Below are positions 58,206 to 64,000 of a stretch of DNA of 64,000 nucleotides, piece by piece. The stretch is from Scyliorhinus canicula (taxonomy: Eukaryota). The stretch lies in NCBI RefSeq assembly GCF_902713615.1, contig NC_052159.1:153324651-153388650 (forward strand). Direction: 5' to 3'. The notes below the pieces were generated by a model, which was given only the letters and a program-made list of their open reading frames with translations, did not search any database and was not told the DNA's origin. Positions within the stretch are counted from its first letter, which is position 1. Every line of letters begins with the position of its first letter. A program made the position numbers and the translations under genes.

Positions 58206-58754
58206 AGAGGCTGAATGCCCTTGACTGCTGAATTGATCCCCGACTAGAAGGGAACATTCCTGCCCGGTGATTGTCACGCGATGTCCGTTCATCCGTTGTC
58301 GCAGCATATGATCTTCAGGTAAACGTTCTCCAAGGCGGCCTTCAGGACGCCCGGCAACGCAGAATCGCCGAGCAGAAACTGATAGCCAAGTTCCTCAACC
58401 GGGACCTTGAATTCATGTCTCACTACATTTAACCCCCCACCATCTGACCTGGGCTTGCAAAATCCTACCAACTGTCCTGGCTTGAGACAATTCACACCTC
58501 TTTACCCTGTCTCCAGTCGCACCATCTGGACCCGTAAAGGCTTAATTGCCTGCAAAGCCTCGCATTCAAAGTATTGTCTTGAATAATTGGCTTTGTCTAT
58601 ATATGCTGTGTTTGCGTAACCCACCTCTTCACTCGCCTGATGAAGGAGCTACGCTCTGAAAGCTCGTGATTCCAAATAAACTTGTTGGACTTTAACCTGG
58701 TGTTGCAAGACTTCTTACTGTGCTCACGCCAGTCCAATGGCGGCATCTCCACAT
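58206..58754 (+). mobile_element. Penelope-like element, 5'-inverted (inverted 58206-58306, forward 58309-58754)
   Basis: Minus piece LRQRMNGHRVTITGQECSLLVGDQFSSQGHSAS; plus piece DLQVNVLQGGLQDARQRRIAEQKLIAKF; tail ends CATCTCCACAT. Confidence 0.88.
58633..58669 (+). ncRNA. Minimal hammerhead motif
   Basis: UCGC-CUGAUGA-A-GGAGC(UAC)GCUCU-GAA-AGCU-C-GUGA; G-U wobbles in stems I and II. Confidence 0.65.
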
Positions 58755-59047
58755 TACAGAAATCAGGAAATTGAATTGGTTATTTTCTGTACAACATGTG
58801 ACATGATTTCTCCTAATATAAGCAATTTTCGGAATTTCAAAATGTCATGAACGCACTTGAGGGGGAACAGGGAGCAGGCAAATCTGAAACTTAGAGCTCC
58901 CAGAATCTTTTCAATTCATTCGTGGAACATGTATATTATTGGCGGGGCTGTTATTTCATGTCCATCTCTGATTTCCCTTGCAAAGTCAGAGGGGAACCAT
59001 TTTCTTCAGCAGAACCAAGTAGCTTGCTGAACCGTTCCAGAGGGACA

Positions 59048-59458
59048 ATAAGAAGTCTTGCAACATCAGGTTAAAGTCTAACAGGTTTGTTTCGAATCAC
59101 TAGCTTTCGGAGAGCAGCTCCTTCCTCAGGTGAATGAAGAGGTGGGTTCCACAACCACATATATAGACAAGGCCAATGATGCAAGACGATACTTTGAATG
59201 CGAGTCTTTGCAGGTAATTAAGTCTTTACAGGTCCAGACGGGGCGGCTGGAGAGAGGGATAATCACAGGTTAAAGAGGTGCGAATTGTCTCAAGCCAGGA
59301 CAGTTGGTAGGATTTCGCAAGCCCAGGCCCAGATGGTGGGGGGGGTGAATGTAATGAGACATGAATCCATGATCCCGGTTGAGGCCGTACTCATGTGTGT
59401 GGAACGTTGCTATCAGTTTCTCCTCGGCAATTCTGCGTCGTCGCGCATCCTGAAGGCC
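59048..59458 (-). mobile_element. Penelope-like 3' fragment inserted in a type C SINE
   Basis: Closely similar to 20040-20435. Confidence 0.88.
59097..59133 (-). ncRNA. Minimal hammerhead motif, core intact
   Basis: UCAC-CUGAGGA-A-GGAG(CUGCU)CUCC-GAA-AGCU-A-GUGA. Confidence 0.68.
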
Positions 59459-60480
59459 ATGAGGCCTTCAGAGGGAAGTTAAGAGTCAGCCACATTGCTG
59501 TGGGTCTGGAGTCACATGTAGGCCAGACCGCGTAAGGCCGGCAGATTTGCTTTCCCAGAGGATATTGGTGAACCAGATAGGGTTGTTACAACAATCTGAT
59601 AGCTGCACTATTAACGGTACCAGCTTTTAATTCGATTTATTTAATGAATTGAATTTGAATTGCACAGCTGCCTGGATGGAATCTGTACTCACCTTTCCAG
59701 CTCATTAGCCCAGGCCTCTGGATTACTAGTCCGGCAACATAACCTCCGAGTTACTACATCATGAAGAGGTGCAGCAGACACATATTTCTGTTGCAGAAGT
59801 GAAAAATGAGGTGAAGAATCAGTGAGGTTTTTCAGTATCCTGAGAGCAATGGATAATGTGGATGCAGGTGAGCTATCCAACTCAATCTGTGCATTAAGGA
59901 CCTGAGAACATGTGTATAAAATGTATCAGCCTTCAGCAACGACAGAGATTAAAAGACTATTTTCTCCCCTAAAGAATAGAGACTCACAGCCAAGCAATGA
60001 GTGCCACGTTGATTAATTACTTCAGAGCTAAAGAACATGGAAAAATAAAACAGTGAAATTATTCCAGGTGTTAATTTCCTCTGGTCCGTTTTATGGTATG
60101 TAAAATTCCATTTCACTGTGCTATTTCGGCGTGGCCGGTACTGATTTATGGGTTAACAGGTGCAGTGAACAGAGCAAAAACAGAAGTCGTTAAGCTCCCG
60201 ATCGTGAGGAGAAATCAGCATTGCAGATTCCGCTCTCTTGTTCAAGTTTCTGGCTCTCCCAGAATTTATCCACACATTTAAAACTGCTTCCAGAATGGCT
60301 GGTAGTCTGAGGTGAAGTTACGGTAGAGGCCCAAATCCAGACGCTCCACTCCTGAGTCCACCTCTGCCATTTCCACATGGAGGGGGGGGAATGGGGTGTG
60401 TGTGTGGGGGGGGGGGGGGGGGGGAGAGGGGGGGGGGGGGGAATGTATGGAGAGGAGAATGTGGGCGGGTTCTAAATTGC

Positions 60481-60815
60481 ACATAGAACATAGAACAGTA
60501 CAGCACAGAACAGGCCCTTCGGCCCTCGATGTTGTGCCGAGCAATGATCACCCTACTCAAACCCACATATCCACCCTATACCCGTAACCCAACAACCCCC
60601 CCTTAACCTTACTTTTTACGACACTACGGGCAATTTAGCATGGCCAATCCACCTAACCCGCACATCTTTGGACTGTGGGAGGAAACCGGAGCACCCGGAG
60701 GAAACCCACGCACACACGGGGAGGACGTGCAGACTCCGCACAGACAGTGACCCAGCCGGGAATCGAACCTGGGACCCTGGAGCTGTGAAGCATTTATGCT
60801 AACCACCATGCTACC
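60481..60815 (-). mobile_element. V-SINE, tail variant 1
   Basis: Antisense relative of 1070-1412. Confidence 0.9.
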
Positions 60816-62276
60816 GGGGGCAGGTGCCAATATACACCAGCAGCTGCCGCCTCTCCTGGGATTTTGGTGAGGTAGGTGGCTCAGACAGGAAGGGTGCAGG
60901 TTAGACCTGGTCAGAGCAGTTTGAAGACTCGCGGATTCGTTTGGGTAGCCGTTATTGGAGATATGGTGCTGGGGCACCTTTGGGAGAGATACTTCGGAAG
61001 AGGCAAGTTATCCGTTGGTGGAGGTAAGGTACCCTTTGGCAGAAGTAAGATGCCCTTCTATGGGACAATATTATCCTTTGTTTAGAATGGCAGAGCTTAA
61101 TCGAGGAATGGAAGGTCATGTCTGGCTAGGCTGATCACATTTTCTGAAGAGGTAGTCAGAAGCTGCTTGATTTAGACAGTGCGATTGATTTGGTCGACAT
61201 GGGTTTCAGCAAAGCTTCTGACATGGTTCCATATGACAGGCTGGTCAAAAATGTAACATATAGGCTCAAAGATCTGTGGAAGTTTTATTGATTTTCTGTG
61301 CACCAGATGAACCAACTGACTGGACTGTCAAGGGCAATGTTGGATTTTGTTGAGTCAGCTATCTATCTTGACCGCTGACTTGTGAACAGAGCCCAATGCA
61401 ATGTTGCGGCTGAAATCTTCACAATACTGCTGCTGTGATCCAGGCCCAGTCGTGACCATGACTGACTTTCTGCTCGGGCCAATACTTTGAGCTCAACTTA
61501 TGTGCGGTCCCAATTATTTGTGTTTTTTCTGCAGGGTTGCTTCCTGAACAGCAAGGTCCAATTAAATCAAACTTTAGTCCTATGATTAGATTTGTCAATC
61601 AGAAAGTAATTAAAATTTCAAAGCACCTGAGGATGTACCAAATGACTCATTAATATCAGAGAAATATTCATTAAAATGTGGTAATATTTCATAAGTTATA
61701 TGTACAGAAATATATTAGGCTTATTTCCTGATTGACACATTTTGTTTCATTTTATGGTCTTAGAACCAAGTCAGTGAATCTGTCATGAAAGTAATTACAA
61801 ATTTTATAACTGTGACACCTTCATATTTTACTTGGAATTTATCTTTCCTCTCATAACTGTATTTTGTAATGAAAATTGGACGCAATCATTTAGGAATATG
61901 AAGACAGCTTAATGATTCTTTGAGCTGCTTATAATTTGGCATTAAAGTTGAAAGGTCAAATGAGCAATCTATTGGCTCAAGACTTCAACAAACAAATGGT
62001 TTCGACTTGCCATTTAAAATCAAAGCATGAGGCAAAAAAGGATTCTCCCTATCTTCCATCCTTGCCTACATTAACATGACTAATTAATGCTCACACATTC
62101 ATCTTGTGTTGCCGGATACAAATGTGAATATGCTCGGTCCACAAAGTTCTTTACCCAGATGGTCAGAGGCATATTATTTATGTGAGATTCAAACGAAAAA
62201 TTTGCATTTATCCATCGGTTAGCATTGGTCATGACCTCAGGAAATCCCAAAAGGGCCAGTGAAATACTTCTTTTTA

Positions 62277-62440
62277 TAAAATAAATTTAGAGTACCCAAT
62301 TCTTTTTTCCAATTAAGGGGCAATTTAGCGTGGCCAATCCACCTGCCCTGCACATCTTTGGGTTGTGGGGGCGAAACCCACGCAGACACGGGGAGAATGT
62401 GCAAACTTCACACGGACAGTGACCCAGGGCCGGGAAACGA
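62277..62440 (-). mobile_element. Short V-SINE subtype, truncated
   Basis: AGAGTACCCAATTCTTTTTTCCAATTAAGGGGCAATTTAGC. Confidence 0.85.
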
Positions 62441-62685
62441 TCCCGGGGGAACTCCCCCACTTCCCCTCAAAGTGATGCCATGGGCTGACAGTCTGAGGCT
62501 CTTCCTCGGTACTGCCTTTGTACAGAGGTCTCCAGAGTGAAGGTTGAAACCATGGCCTCCCGATTCAAAGGTGAGATTGCTACCCATTGAACAATGGCTT
62601 AAAATTCAAAATTCTAATGAAGGAAGAAGGCAAAAAAGTGGAAGCGTGCTCTTAGTCCATGCAACATGCTGGTGCACATGTGCTG

Positions 62686-62938
62686 GGTGGCACGGTGGTT
62701 AGCACTGCTGCCTCACAGCGCCAGGGACCCGGGTTCGATTCCGACCTCGAGTGACCGTTTTCCCTGTGTCTGCGTGGATTTCCTCCGGATGCTACGGTTT
62801 CCTCCCACAATCCAAAGATGTGCAGGTTGGGTGGGATTAGAGGGATAAGGCGAGGGAGTGGGGTAGAGTTTTCTTTCAGAAGGTTGGTGCAAATTCGATG
62901 GGACGAATGGCCTCCTTCTGCACTGTCGGGATTCTATG
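62686..62938 (+). mobile_element. Older V-SINE
   Basis: Head, V-domain and CR1-like tail. Confidence 0.82.
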
Positions 62939-63687
62939 GTACCATAGAAATGATGGAAATTAGAGGAGGAACTACACAGAGATCGGGGCGGCCCACCTGG
63001 CAATGGTGTAATCGCTGACAATCGTGTTTGCGGTATTTGACTAATTTAAAATGTTCCCTCTAGTTATGTATTTTGGCCAATGACCTACAATTAATATTGA
63101 GAAATTGATACAGAACACTCATGAAGTAAATTTGCAATGATTGTTGCCAACGGGAAAATTATCAGTGTCCGTCCATCCCCAAACTCCAAGAACCGGCAGG
63201 GAGGATTTTCCAGCTCCGCTTCAGTCAATGGATTTTTGAGCAGCTCACCGCCTTTTCCGAGCTGAATTGAACACTTCAATGGCAGAGGATAGAAGGACTT
63301 TGGATGTGGCTTGCAGGTGGCAGTTGTTGAACAAATTCCCGTTTTATTCTGTAGTCTGGCCCCACTCCAAGGGGAACTTGCTAAAGGTTAAAAGGCACAG
63401 AAACAGGAAACAGGCCCAACCAGCCCATTCTCCCCTCAAGCCTCCTCCCATCTTTTCTCATCAAAATCTCACCATTATTACCCTCTCTTCCCTTCTCCCT
63501 AATATGTTTGTCTAATTTCCTCTAAATGTATCTGTACTTTTCCCTTCAATTTCTCCCTATGGTAGCAAGTTCCACACGCTCACCTTTCGCGGCACAAAGA
63601 AGTTTCTTCTCAATTCCCGACGATTTCTTGGGGATGATCTTACACTAATATTCTTTAGTTTTGCTCTTCCCCAGAAGAGGAAACATT

Positions 63688-63932
63688 ACATAGAACACAG
63701 AACAAAGAAAAGTACAGCACAGGAACAGGCCCTTCGGCCCTCCAAGTCCGTGCCGACCATGCTGCCCGACTAAACTGTAATCTTCTACACTTCCTGGGTC
63801 CGTATCCCTCTCTTCCCATCCTATTCATGTATTTGTCCATATGCCCCTTAAACGTCACTATCGTCCCTGCTTCCAACACCTCCTCCGGCAGCGAGTTCCA
63901 GGCACCCACTACCCTCTGTGTAAAAAACTTGC
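63688..63932 (-). mobile_element. CR1 3' end
   Basis: GKFFTQRVVGAWNSLPEEVLEAGTIVTFKGHMDKYMNRMGREGYG; an older CR1 tail lies at 63390-63685. Confidence 0.88.
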
Positions 63933-64000
63933 CTCTCTCTGTATCCGCTCCATCAAAACATTTCATGCATTTTCTGGCCTCGATTATGTCAGCTCTCAGC

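Noticed and set aside
60397-60441. Poly-G/poly-C tracts as functional G-quadruplexes (also 17834, 31048, 39524, 46271, 52772)
   Set aside because: Simple homopolymer expansions, often inside repeats, with no positional evidence of function; lengths may be sequencing-dependent

Overview
This is eukaryotic, repeat-dense DNA, very probably from a cartilaginous fish. That call is inferred from about 35 HE1/V-SINE-type SINEs, CR1 LINE fragments and Deu-domain SINEs. I could not recognise any host protein-coding exon, rRNA or real tRNA gene, so the window looks intergenic or deep-intronic. Every recognisable protein fragment is transposon-derived and broken: CR1 ORF2, Rex1/Babar RT, L1/Tx1-like RT, Gypsy protease/RT/integrase, Penelope GIY-YIG endonuclease and Harbinger Myb/SANT. 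The most notable structures are: (1) six minimal type-I hammerhead-ribozyme motifs in Penelope-like element tails, four with an intact core; (2) a 2.3 kb minisatellite that switches strand at a near-perfect 41-bp hairpin; (3) a 55-bp patchwork copied from two downstream sites and joined on 4-bp microhomology; (4) an old Gypsy element with both LTRs, PPT and TSD still traceable, carrying a young in-frame 36-bp VNTR; (5) a Penelope insertion with twin-priming geometry; (6) several solo LTRs with clear TSDs and multi-layer nesting. I found no convincing previously undescribed gene system. The ribozyme motifs and the foldback satellite are the best leads. All alignments were done by eye, so repeat boundaries are approximate unless a TSD is quoted.
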